Assembly (NCBI GenBank): GCA_021158625.1
Contig: JAGGUG010000076.1
Span: forward strand, 1 to 37,946
Reading direction: 5' to 3'
From: Candidatus Omnitrophota bacterium
Lineage (GTDB): Bacteria; Omnitrophota; 4484-213
DNA: 37,946 bases
The translations under genes were made by a program, and so were the position numbers. Below, in pieces: positions 9,384 to 17,041 of this stretch. The notes beneath the pieces were generated by a model, which did no database searches, was not told the DNA's origin, and worked only from the letters and a program-made list of their open reading frames with translations. The stretch's first letter is position 1. The number at the start of each line of letters is the position of its first letter.

Positions 9384-9848
9384 ATGAAGACCTATCAGGG
9401 AAAGCTGATTGGTAAAGGGAAAAGGTTTACACTTGTGGTTTCCCGTTTTAACGATTTTATCGGTAAACGGCTTGTGGAAGGGGCAGTAGATGTCCTTGTG
9501 CGTCACGGCGTAGAGGAAAATGGGATTGAAGTTATCTGGGTGCCTGGTTCTCTGGAGATTCTCTATGTAGCTAACAAAATGACAAAAAAAAAGAAGTGCG
9601 ATGCGGTTATCTGCTTAGGGGCAATCATCAAGGGCGAGACATCGCATTTTGATTTTTTAGCCAGTCAGGTAATTAAGGGAATTTCCCAGATTTCTTTGAG
9701 CGGTAATCTGCCGGTAGTTTCAGGAATAATTACCGCGGATTCCCTGGAGCAGGCAATTCAGCGGGCAGGAGCAAAGGAAGGAAATAAGGGGGCCCAGGCT
9801 GCTTTAGCCGCTTTGGAAATGGCAGATTTAAATGAAACTGCAATTTAG
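9384..9848 (+). CDS. ribH: 6,7-dimethyl-8-ribityllumazine synthase
   Basis: RFNDFI, VPGSLEIL, ICLGAIIKGETSHFDF. The ATG at 9384 lies 10 nt after GGAGG, whereas the track start GTG at 9375 abuts the SD. Confidence 0.93.
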   Translation: MKTYQGKLIGKGKRFTLVVSRFNDFIGKRLVEGAVDVLVRHGVEENGIEVIWVPGSLEILYVANKMTKKKKCDAVICLGAIIKGETSHFDFLASQVIKGISQISLSGNLPVVSGIITADSLEQAIQRAGAKEGNKGAQAALAALEMADLNETAI

Positions 9849-9858
9849 CGAGTCCTTA

Positions 9859-9979
9859 CCCCACACCAATTTCTCTTTTGCTTAAGCATCTTGGAAAATT
9901 GGCGGGGGGTTCAATTCGCAAACGGAGTTCGTTCCACAATTTAGGTGGCTTACATTCCGTAAATTGTCTGCTCATTGAA
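9859..9979 (+). repeat. Two-hairpin intergenic module (H1 CCCCACACCAATTT.../...AAATTGGCGGGGGG, then H2 TTCAATTC...CATTGAA), copy 1, abutting the nusB ATG
   Basis: Its 3' part TTCCGTAAATTGTCTGCTCATTGAA is near-identical to copy 2 at 11646-11670. Confidence 0.65.
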
Positions 9980-9980
9980 A

Positions 9981-10490
9981 ATGCGTAAGAGAACAAGAGC
10001 AAGAGAAATAGCCCTCCAGATTCTTTATCTGATTGATATCAGTGAAGATGATTATCAGGTTGCTTGGGAGAAATTTTGGGCTGTAGAGTCTCCCGAGGTT
10101 TCTGAGGAGGCTCATCCTGTTAAATCCGCCGATGGCGGAGCGGCGAAGCCGCTATTTAACAGGGTAAAGGAATTTTCACAGCAATTAGTAAAAGGGACGA
10201 TAGAGAATCTTAAATCGCTCGATGATGTAATTGAGAGCTTCACCGAGAACTGGCGACTCTCGCGGATGGCAGTGGTTGAGCGGAATATTCTGCGGCTTGC
10301 TACCTATGAACTCCTTTTTTGCCCTGAGATTCCTCCAATTGTCTCCATAAACGAGGCAATTGACCTGGCAAAGAAATACAGCGGTCTGGAAGCCGGTAAA
10401 TTCGTGAACGGGATACTGGATAAGATAAGAATCTCCAAGCTGCAAGCCACAAGCTCCAAGCTACAGGCTGACTCAAACCCTGAAGTTTGA
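9981..10490 (+). CDS. nusB: Transcription antitermination factor NusB (carries an internal element insertion and a repeat-derived C-terminal tail)
   Basis: RTRAREIALQILY, WRLSRM..VERNILRLATYEL, INEAIDLAKKY...KFVNGILDKI. Confidence 0.9.
   Translation: MRKRTRAREIALQILYLIDISEDDYQVAWEKFWAVESPEVSEEAHPVKSADGGAAKPLFNRVKEFSQQLVKGTIENLKSLDDVIESFTENWRLSRMAVVERNILRLATYELLFCPEIPPIVSINEAIDLAKKYSGLEAGKFVNGILDKIRISKLQATSSKLQADSNPEV
10113..10166 (+). repeat. 54-nt copy of the TACCCTGTTAAAT palindromic element, in frame in nusB
   Basis: CATCCTGTTAAAT + CCGCC-GAT-GGCGG + AGCGGC-GAA-GCCGCT + ATTTAACAGGGTA; encodes HPVKSADGGAAKPLFNRV. Confidence 0.8.
10434..10468 (+). repeat. Heptamer array (NNCAAGC x5) forming the nusB C-terminal tail
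   Basis: TCCAAGC TGCAAGC CACAAGC TCCAAGC TACAGGC; translated as SKLQATSSKLQA after the conserved NGILDKI end. Confidence 0.8.
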
Positions 10491-10497
10491 TTTTTAT

Positions 10498-11571
10498 ATG
10501 ATGAGCGATGTTGAATATATGCAGTTAGCCCTGCGATTGGCTTTAAAGGGAAAGGGGAAAACCAGCCCCAATCCCTTGGTAGGAGCAGTAGTAGTTAAAA
10601 ACGGAGAGATTATCGGCAGAGGCTATCATCGGCAGGCCGGCAAGAGGCACGCCGAGATTGTTGCCCTTGACGAGGCCGGCAAAAAGGCAAGGGGTTCTAC
10701 GCTCTATGTCAATTTAGAGCCCTGTGCTACTTATGGTAGAACCCCTCCCTGTGTGGATAGGATTATCAAGGAAGGAGTTAAAAAGGTAGTTATTGGAATG
10801 CTTGACCCCAATCCTGTCAATAGAAAAAAGGGGATAAGAAAATTAAAGACGCAGAACATAGATGTAAAGACGGGAGTTTTAACGAAAGAAGCCGAGGAGC
10901 TCAATAAGTGCTGGATAAAGTTTATCACCCAGAGGGAGCCGTATGTGATTCTGAAAGTAGCCCGGTCCTTAGACGGCAAGATTGCCACTTTTACGGGCGA
11001 TTCAAAATGGATTACTTCGCCGGCAGCGCGAGGATATGTGCATAGACTACGTTCGGAGGTGGATGCGATTTTGGTAGGGATAAATACAGTTCTCCAGGAT
11101 GATCCTTTGCTCTCCGCCCGCCTTTCCGAAAAGAGATTATACAGACATCAGCCGACAAAGATAATCTTAGACAGCCATTTAAGAGTTCCTTTAGAGGCAA
11201 AGATTTTTTCTCGCCGGTCCCCGGCACCGGTAATTATCGCTACCACTAAATTTGCTCCTCTCTCTAAAATAAAGAAATTAGAAAAAAAGGGAGTGCAGGT
11301 ATTAATAGTCAAGGCAAAGGATAGGAGACTAGATTTAAAGATGTTGATGGGAGAATTGGCAAAGATGGAGATTGTTTGTCTTTTGATAGAGGGCGGAGGT
11401 GAGGTTTTTGAATCGGCTATAGAAAGCAAGATAGTGGATGAATTTCTTGTTTTTATTGCTCCAAAAATATTTGGCAATGTTAGCAAAGTCTCTCAAGCCC
11501 AGCGATTGAGCAGTTTGGAAATAAAGAAAGTAGGAGAAGATGTATTGCTGGAAGGCTTAACCCAGCACTAA
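10498..11571 (+). CDS. ribD: Bifunctional riboflavin biosynthesis deaminase/reductase
   Basis: Deaminase HAEI...PCATYGRTPPC, then a reductase domain with KVARSLDGKIA and GGGEV. Confidence 0.93.
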   Translation: MMSDVEYMQLALRLALKGKGKTSPNPLVGAVVVKNGEIIGRGYHRQAGKRHAEIVALDEAGKKARGSTLYVNLEPCATYGRTPPCVDRIIKEGVKKVVIGMLDPNPVNRKKGIRKLKTQNIDVKTGVLTKEAEELNKCWIKFITQREPYVILKVARSLDGKIATFTGDSKWITSPAARGYVHRLRSEVDAILVGINTVLQDDPLLSARLSEKRLYRHQPTKIILDSHLRVPLEAKIFSRRSPAPVIIATTKFAPLSKIKKLEKKGVQVLIVKAKDRRLDLKMLMGELAKMEIVCLLIEGGGEVFESAIESKIVDEFLVFIAPKIFGNVSKVSQAQRLSSLEIKKVGEDVLLEGLTQH

Positions 11572-11670
11572 TTTTTCAAAGATGTTTGCCCAAAGTAGAA
11601 AATTAGTGCTGGGTTCAATTCGCACAGCGATTTACGAGCACTTCGTTCCGTAAATTGCGTACTCATTGAA
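11561..11670 (+). repeat. Two-hairpin intergenic module, copy 2 (H1 11561-11613, H2 11614-11670)
   Basis: H1 is CCCAGCACTAATTTT...AAAATTAGTGCTGGG, a 15-bp stem that contains the ribD stop codon. H2 is TTCAATTCGCA...CTCATTGA, and its last A is the A of the ribE ATG. Confidence 0.8.
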
Positions 11671-12314
11671 TGTTTACCGGCATAATCGAACAATTAGGTG
11701 AAGTCACAAAGGTAGAATCTGCCTCCGGCAATAAAAGATTGTTTATCAAACCGACCTCTTTGTGGGAGGATTTACAGATAGGGGAAAGCATTGCTGTAGA
11801 TGGGGTTTGCTTGACTATTGTTGATTTTAAAGAGGACTTGTTTGCCGCTGAAATAATGCCGGCGACCCTCTTGCAAACCACTTTAGGCAATTTAAGGATT
11901 GGCGAGTATGTAAATTTAGAGCGGGCATTAACTCCAAATTCTCGTTTAAGTGGCCACTTTGTCAGCGGTCATATTGACGGAATGGGCATAATTAGCAAAA
12001 AAGAAAAGGGAAGAGATGTTAGTTTATCTGTTGAGGTCCCTGCCGAGCTCAGGAAATACCTTTTGCCCAAGGGTTCTATTGCGGTAGATGGAATAAGTTT
12101 AACTATCGCTGAGATAAAAGACAAAGAATTTATTGCCCATCTCATTCCCCATACTTTAAAGAGTACCAATCTGCAATCTAAAAATGTAGGGGATAAAGTA
12201 AATATTGAGATAGACCTTCTAACAAAAGCAGTTTATCAGTATCTACAGAGGAACTCTGACAAAGACAAACAGGGAATAACAAAAGAGATGTTGAGCAGAG
12301 CCGGGTTCCTCTAA
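11670..12314 (+). CDS. ribE: Riboflavin synthase alpha chain
   Basis: MFTGIIE..G, two lumazine-binding repeats (VDGVCLT / VDGISLT), HLIPHTL. Confidence 0.93.
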   Translation: MFTGIIEQLGEVTKVESASGNKRLFIKPTSLWEDLQIGESIAVDGVCLTIVDFKEDLFAAEIMPATLLQTTLGNLRIGEYVNLERALTPNSRLSGHFVSGHIDGMGIISKKEKGRDVSLSVEVPAELRKYLLPKGSIAVDGISLTIAEIKDKEFIAHLIPHTLKSTNLQSKNVGDKVNIEIDLLTKAVYQYLQRNSDKDKQGITKEMLSRAGFL

Positions 12315-13486
12315 CCTCTTCCCAGCCCTCTTAAGAACCCCATTATCTTCTCTTTCCATCCTTTTTTGATTCTCTCTTGCTCAGAACTCAGGATTTTAGA
12401 GAGCGGTTCTATATCTATATAATCCTCAGCGAGTTTTTTGAGAGCGGCAATCTTTTTGCTATCCTGGGTGGTTATCTTCGTGCGTAAACTGTATATCTGA
12501 GAGGCGAGTTCGTAGATATCCTTATCTACGAGCAATACGGGAATATCCATAGAGCCAAGGATGTCTCTTATACTCTGGGGAAGCTCCCGGCTTCCCGAAA
12601 GGAGAACTCCTGCTAAATTATGGGCATTTCCTATATTTTTAAAGTAGGTGGTAAATACTGCCAAGAGAAGGTCGATGCGGTCGCTGGAGGTAATCAATAA
12701 AGTCTGTTGGCGAATATCTCTGAGCAATTCCAGTATTGTTTCCGGCTCCATTGTTCCCACTATTATCCTTTCTATATTCTTTTCTAAACGCCCTTTCCCA
12801 CTGAGTATATTTGCTCCGGTTTGTTGGGCAATCAACCAGAGAGGAGGACTGGAGAGAAGAGAACGGTAGGGGAGAAGACCGAATAGAGGGATGCTTTTTC
12901 TTTTGAGGTATTGCTTTAGGAGAGAAGAAACCTTATCGTATTTTTCCTCTAATATCTTATTGATTATCACCCCGATTACCTTACAGCCCTTCTCTTCAAA
13001 AAAACTTTTATTTAGGGTTATCTCATCAATGCTCTGCCCAATGCCTCCCCCGCAGACCAAAAGCACATCCGCCTCTAAGAGTTTAGCCACTTCGGCATTG
13101 GAGAGCTCTATTACCGAACCTACCCCGGCGTGGCCCGTGCCTTCAATGAGCACCAAATCGCTTTCCTTTGCCAGTCCTTCATAGGCGTCGCGTATCTTTT
13201 TGGCAAGACCCCTTCCTATCTTTCCTTTGATATATTTTTCGGTAAAGCCCCTTTCAATTATCAGTGGGCTCATATCCTCTATAAGATAAGGGAGGGCAAA
13301 GCTCTCCTTGATTAAAAGGACATCTTCGCCTACCTTAGTTTCGGGAAGTTGGACATATCTCTGGGCAAGCGGCTTGATAAAGGCAATCTTCTTAAATTTT
13401 TTGCCTAAAAGATGGATCAATCCCAGAGAAATAGAGGTCTTCCCAATATCCTGGCTGGTAGAAGCAATGAATAAAGACTTAGCCAT
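12311..13486 (-). CDS. BioD/CobQ-like P-loop plus DRTGG domain protein (resembles the N-terminal part of phosphotransacetylase; no PTA catalytic domain)
   Basis: N-terminal STSQDIGKTSISLGL P-loop-like motif, EGTGHAGVG, and SSDRIDLLL (DRTGG-like). The length of 391 aa is too short to include a Pta catalytic domain. Confidence 0.7.
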   Translation of the reverse strand: MAKSLFIASTSQDIGKTSISLGLIHLLGKKFKKIAFIKPLAQRYVQLPETKVGEDVLLIKESFALPYLIEDMSPLIIERGFTEKYIKGKIGRGLAKKIRDAYEGLAKESDLVLIEGTGHAGVGSVIELSNAEVAKLLEADVLLVCGGGIGQSIDEITLNKSFFEEKGCKVIGVIINKILEEKYDKVSSLLKQYLKRKSIPLFGLLPYRSLLSSPPLWLIAQQTGANILSGKGRLEKNIERIIVGTMEPETILELLRDIRQQTLLITSSDRIDLLLAVFTTYFKNIGNAHNLAGVLLSGSRELPQSIRDILGSMDIPVLLVDKDIYELASQIYSLRTKITTQDSKKIAALKKLAEDYIDIEPLSKILSSEQERIKKGWKEKIMGFLRGLGRG

Positions 13487-14405
13487 AATTTCGGGTTGCG
13501 GGTAAAGGGTTGCGGGGTGCGAATTTCCCGCTTCCCGCTAACCGCTCAAGAACTTGCAGGTACTTCTTACTCGTCTTATCAACTATCTCCGCCGGCAATT
13601 CGGGAGCAGGTGGAGTTTTATCCCAGTTTAAACTCTCCAGGTAATCGCGCACAAACTGTTTGTCAAAACTGGCTTGACTTTTGCCCGCAGAGTACTTATC
13701 CTTAGGCCAGAACCTTGAGGAGTCCGGCGTGAGCAATTCGTCGATAAGGATAATTTCGCCCTTATAGAAACCAAACTCAAACTTTGTATCGGCAATAATT
13801 ATACCCTTAGTTTCGGCATATTCACTCGCTTTTTTATACAGGGCAATGCTTATCTCTTTTAGTTTGCCGGCGGTGTTTTTACCAATTTCTTTTTCAATAT
13901 CCTCTTGGCGGACATTTATATCGTGACCCCTCTCCTCTTTTGTTGCCGGAGTAAAAATAGGTTCGGGTAGTTTATCAGCCTGTTTAAGTCCCTCAGGCAG
14001 TTTTATTCCGCAGATGGATTGGCTCTTCTCATATTCTTTCCAACCTGAACCGGCTAAATAGCCCCGAACTACACATTCCACAGGTATGGGCTCTGCCTTT
14101 TGGACGAGCATTGCGCGGCCAGACAGAATTTCTTTATATTTTGATAGAACAGGAGGAAACTCACGAATATCAGCGCTGAGCAAGTGATTGGGGATAATAT
14201 CTTTTGTTAAGTGGAACCAGAACGCCGAGAGTTTGGTTAACACCTCCCCTTTGTGAGGAATGCCGGTAGGGAGAACTACATCAAAGCAGGATATTCTATC
14301 GGTGGAGATAATCAAGAGTTGAGTTCCTAAATCATAGATATCCCGGACCTTTCCTCTTTTGAAAAGATTGAGTTCAGTAAGGTTTGTTGACTCTACGAGC
14401 GGCAT
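13479..14405 (-). CDS. purC: Phosphoribosylaminoimidazole-succinocarboxamide (SAICAR) synthase, long form
   Basis: GKVRDIYD, ISTDRISCFD, IIIADTKFEFG, LIDELLTPDSSRFW. Confidence 0.93.
   Translation of the reverse strand: MPLVESTNLTELNLFKRGKVRDIYDLGTQLLIISTDRISCFDVVLPTGIPHKGEVLTKLSAFWFHLTKDIIPNHLLSADIREFPPVLSKYKEILSGRAMLVQKAEPIPVECVVRGYLAGSGWKEYEKSQSICGIKLPEGLKQADKLPEPIFTPATKEERGHDINVRQEDIEKEIGKNTAGKLKEISIALYKKASEYAETKGIIIADTKFEFGFYKGEIILIDELLTPDSSRFWPKDKYSAGKSQASFDKQFVRDYLESLNWDKTPPAPELPAEIVDKTSKKYLQVLERLAGSGKFAPRNPLPATRNYG
13493..13548. repeat. Heptamer-periodic imperfect palindrome (GGGTTGC GGGTAAA GGGTTGC GGGGTGC | GAATTTC | CCGCTTC CCGCTAA CCGCTCA) spanning the purC 3' end
   Basis: Direct reading. 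GCGGG blocks in the left half are complementary to CCCGC blocks in the right half, in 7-nt phase. Confidence 0.7.
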
Positions 14406-16230
14406 TTAATCTCCTCTTTTGTTCCTCGAGAATCTCAAACAAAATCTTGGGGGCATCAGGGACCTTTGTTTTATAAATTTCTATGATTCTTTCTACTTTT
14501 GCTAGGTTAGCATCAATTCTCAAGGTAAATTCTTTCTGATAATCCCTTTCTGAATAATCCTTGCCCAGCACTTGCTTAAATAATCTTTTGAGGTCTTCAT
14601 AGCGAGGGAGGAATCCAATCGGGCTTTCAATCGCTTCTATTTCCTTATGCACCCTGAGTTCCATCCATTTAAGCCAGACCCTTTTATCCTCTATCGCACT
14701 CAGATAGTTGCCATTTTCATCTCTCAGAAAATAATTTACTCCAAAGATAGTAGGCGGATGAGCTAAATCCTTTGCAAATTGTAGATGGTTTTGTATATAT
14801 TTCCCGATGGGTATAGAAAGAAAGTCCAGATTTGCCATCGGATTGAGCTTTCGCACCCCTTGTTTCCCTAAAGTGGCAGCTGTAGTTTCTGATTCCAGGG
14901 AGGCAGCGATAGTTATTACCCCATGATTCCAATCAAAACTCTCAAATACTGATGGCCAGGCTTCTGCATCTCGGCCTCCGTAGATTATACCTTTAACCTC
15001 CACGCCCTCGGGATTTTCTAAATTCGGGTCGCAGTTTTTCAGCGTCTTCAGTCTAATGGTATATCTGGCATTGGGGTGGGGAAAAATAGTAGAATTTTTA
15101 GGATGAACTTTTCCATCGTTCAGCCAATAGGGAATGCCGTCTCTGACCAGGACATTGGAAAAAATAACCTCGCCCGGACTCGTCAGCGTCTGCCAGATTA
15201 GAGGATCATTTTGGGGGTTCACATCCCTTATTATTCCAAATATCCCCCTCTCTACATTTACGGCAAATACCTTCCCGTCCTTTTTTCGCAAATAGGCAAT
15301 ATCATCTCCTACTATGCTTTCTTCTTCCACCATACAGGTGGAGGTTTTTCCGCAGGCGCTGGGGAAGGCACCCGTAAAATAGGTTTTTCTATTGTTGGGG
15401 CCATTTACCCTGTTAAATAATCCCGAATAAGTCGGGATTCCGCCTTTGGCGGATTTGACAGGGTAAACCCCCATAACAAACATATGTTCGGCAAGCCAGT
15501 TCTCTTTGCTTGCTTTATTTATTGCCAGACGCAGGGCTAATTTTTTCAAACCCACAGTATTTCCGGCATATTGGCTATTGACTGTCCAAACAGTATTCTC
15601 GGAGAGGTCTATATATACCCTCCTCTTATCTATATTTTTGCTTACACTATTCTCTAATTCTCCGGCAGAGTGAACGAATTTAAAAAATTCTGTCTCGGTT
15701 CCTTTTTTCTTAAATACATCATAAGCCGAGCGGTAGAGGATGTCCTCGGAGTGGGCTACATAGGCCGAGTCGGTGAGTTGAACGGCATAGATAGAAAAAT
15801 CTGAATTCACTGGCCCAAGGCAAAGGAACAAAACAAACATTTCTTTGCCCGACATAATACCTTTTAATAGGGCTTGGATTTCAGATAGCCCTTTTTCTCG
15901 GACTATGGAATTAATATCCGAACCGAGGTTTTCGCCTTTACTTAGAAGGAATTTTGTATTCTGTTTATCCCTTGCCTGGTCAGTGGGTCCATCAAAGTGG
16001 ACAGTGTGGCCGTCTATGTTAAGTTGCTTTTCCTCCCCCAATTCCTTTGCCTTGTTTCTTATATATTGAGCGTCTTGCAGAGAATCGCTACGCACAAAGA
16101 CTGAGCGAGGATTGCAAAGCTCTACATATTCCCCGAGGAAATTAAGCAGTATGGGGTTATTTAAGGCAAGCAATTTCTGGTAGTTTTCTTGACTGCATTT
16201 AGTTTTAAATAGTTTTTGATGCCTTTTCAT
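14374..16230 (-). CDS. pckG: Phosphoenolpyruvate carboxykinase (GTP)
   Basis: FPSACGKT kinase-1a motif, GDDIAY, YGGRD, and other GTP-PEPCK signatures. 618 aa. Confidence 0.95.
   Translation of the reverse strand: [618 protein letters not shown]
15406..15465. repeat. Exactly 60-nt palindromic element (TACCCTGTTAAAT ... ATTTGACAGGGTA) in frame in pckG
   Basis: 13-nt inverted termini plus internal hairpins AATCCCGA-ATAAG-TCGGGATT and CCGCC-TTT-GGCGG. On the coding (minus) strand it encodes [20 protein letters not shown]. Confidence 0.88.
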
Positions 16231-16266
16231 ATTTCCTCCAAAAATTCAGCGTTCCAAGGAGAAAGT

Positions 16267-16275
16267 ATTATATCA
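16267..16275 (-). promoter_or_regulatory. Candidate extended -10 (TGATATAAT on the minus strand) for pckG
   Basis: Reverse complement of ATTATATCA, about 35 nt upstream of the pckG ATG. The -35 is weak (TTTATT). SD GGAGGA lies at 16234-16239 (minus strand). Confidence 0.4.
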
Positions 16276-16319
16276 TATATCGGAGATTAAATAAAGGAAT
16301 TTTTGCCTTTAAAAAAATC

Positions 16320-16348
16320 TTGTTTTTTATTCCAAAATGTGTTATTAT
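16320..16348 (+). promoter_or_regulatory. Candidate sigma70-type promoter for thyX (TTGTTT, 17-nt spacer, TGT-TATTAT)
   Basis: Hexamers and spacing read directly. AGGAGAG SD at 16363-16369, ATG at 16374. Confidence 0.45.
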
Positions 16349-16373
16349 TTAAAAAGTCATTTAGGAGAGAAAT

Positions 16374-16985
16374 ATGAGAGTTAAGTTGATAAACTACACC
16401 CCACATCCCCAAAAGAGCGCGGCAATCGCCGGTAAGCTTTGCTATGCAAAATCCTCTATCAAGGATTTAGAGAAGATAACCCCGCAGGAAGAAAAAAGGT
16501 TTATTGAGAAAATCATCAAACTCGGTCACCTTTCGGTTATCGAACATAGCAGTTTCACTTTTGCTATTGAGGGGATTTCGCGGGTTACCTCGCATCAGTT
16601 GGTGCGACACCGTCTTGCCTCTTTTTCCCAACAAAGTCAGAGATATGTAAAAAAGAGAGACTTTGAATATATAATTCCTCCCACTATAAAGAAGAAAAAG
16701 AAATTAAAACAGATTTTTGAAAAGGTAATCAAGGATATAAACGATACCTATGCTGAACTCTTAGATAACGGCATTCCCGCTGAGGATGCCCGATTTTTAT
16801 TACCTAATGCCTGCGAAACAAAGATAATCGTAACAATGAACGCCCGCGAACTCCTGCATTTTTTTAAACTGAGGTGCGCTAAAAATAGCCAATGGGAGAT
16901 TCGCCAGATGGCAAATCTGATGCTAAAAGAGGTGCGCAAAGTCGCCCCGGTGATTTTTAAGAATGTAGAGAAGGAACAAAGATGA
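16374..16985 (+). CDS. thyX: Flavin-dependent thymidylate synthase
   Basis: ThyX motif RHRLASFSQQSQRY; 203 aa. Confidence 0.93.
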   Translation: MRVKLINYTPHPQKSAAIAGKLCYAKSSIKDLEKITPQEEKRFIEKIIKLGHLSVIEHSSFTFAIEGISRVTSHQLVRHRLASFSQQSQRYVKKRDFEYIIPPTIKKKKKLKQIFEKVIKDINDTYAELLDNGIPAEDARFLLPNACETKIIVTMNARELLHFFKLRCAKNSQWEIRQMANLMLKEVRKVAPVIFKNVEKEQR

Positions 16986-16997
16986 AATTTAAGAAAT

Positions 16998-17041
16998 TTT
17001 TTATCGGTTACAATCTACTCCAACGAATTCACGGTTAAAGA
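16998..17041 (+). repeat. Left copy of the 44-bp direct repeat flanking the PIN cassette
   Basis: TTTTTATCGGTTACAATCTACTCCAACGAATTCACGGTTAAAGA; 40/44 identical to 17720-17763, and the first 22 nt are exact. Confidence 0.85.

Noticed and set aside
9324-9506. Minus-strand ORFs 9324..9506 and 27783..28079 share the peptide SRSESRSPPK
   Set aside because: The shared peptide is just the antisense translation of the repeated leader module CTTCGGCTCTCGCTTCGCGAG. Both overlap well-supported plus-strand genes (ribH, mlaD/gap).
9901-9920. tRNA-like T-loop resemblance, GGGGGGTTCAATTCGCA (also GGGTTCAATTCGCA at 11611 and GGGCTCAATTCC at 22861)
   Set aside because: There is no complementary T-stem 3' strand, acceptor stem or anticodon arm around any copy. 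These are the junctions of the H1 and H2 repeat hairpins, not tRNA genes or fragments I can support.
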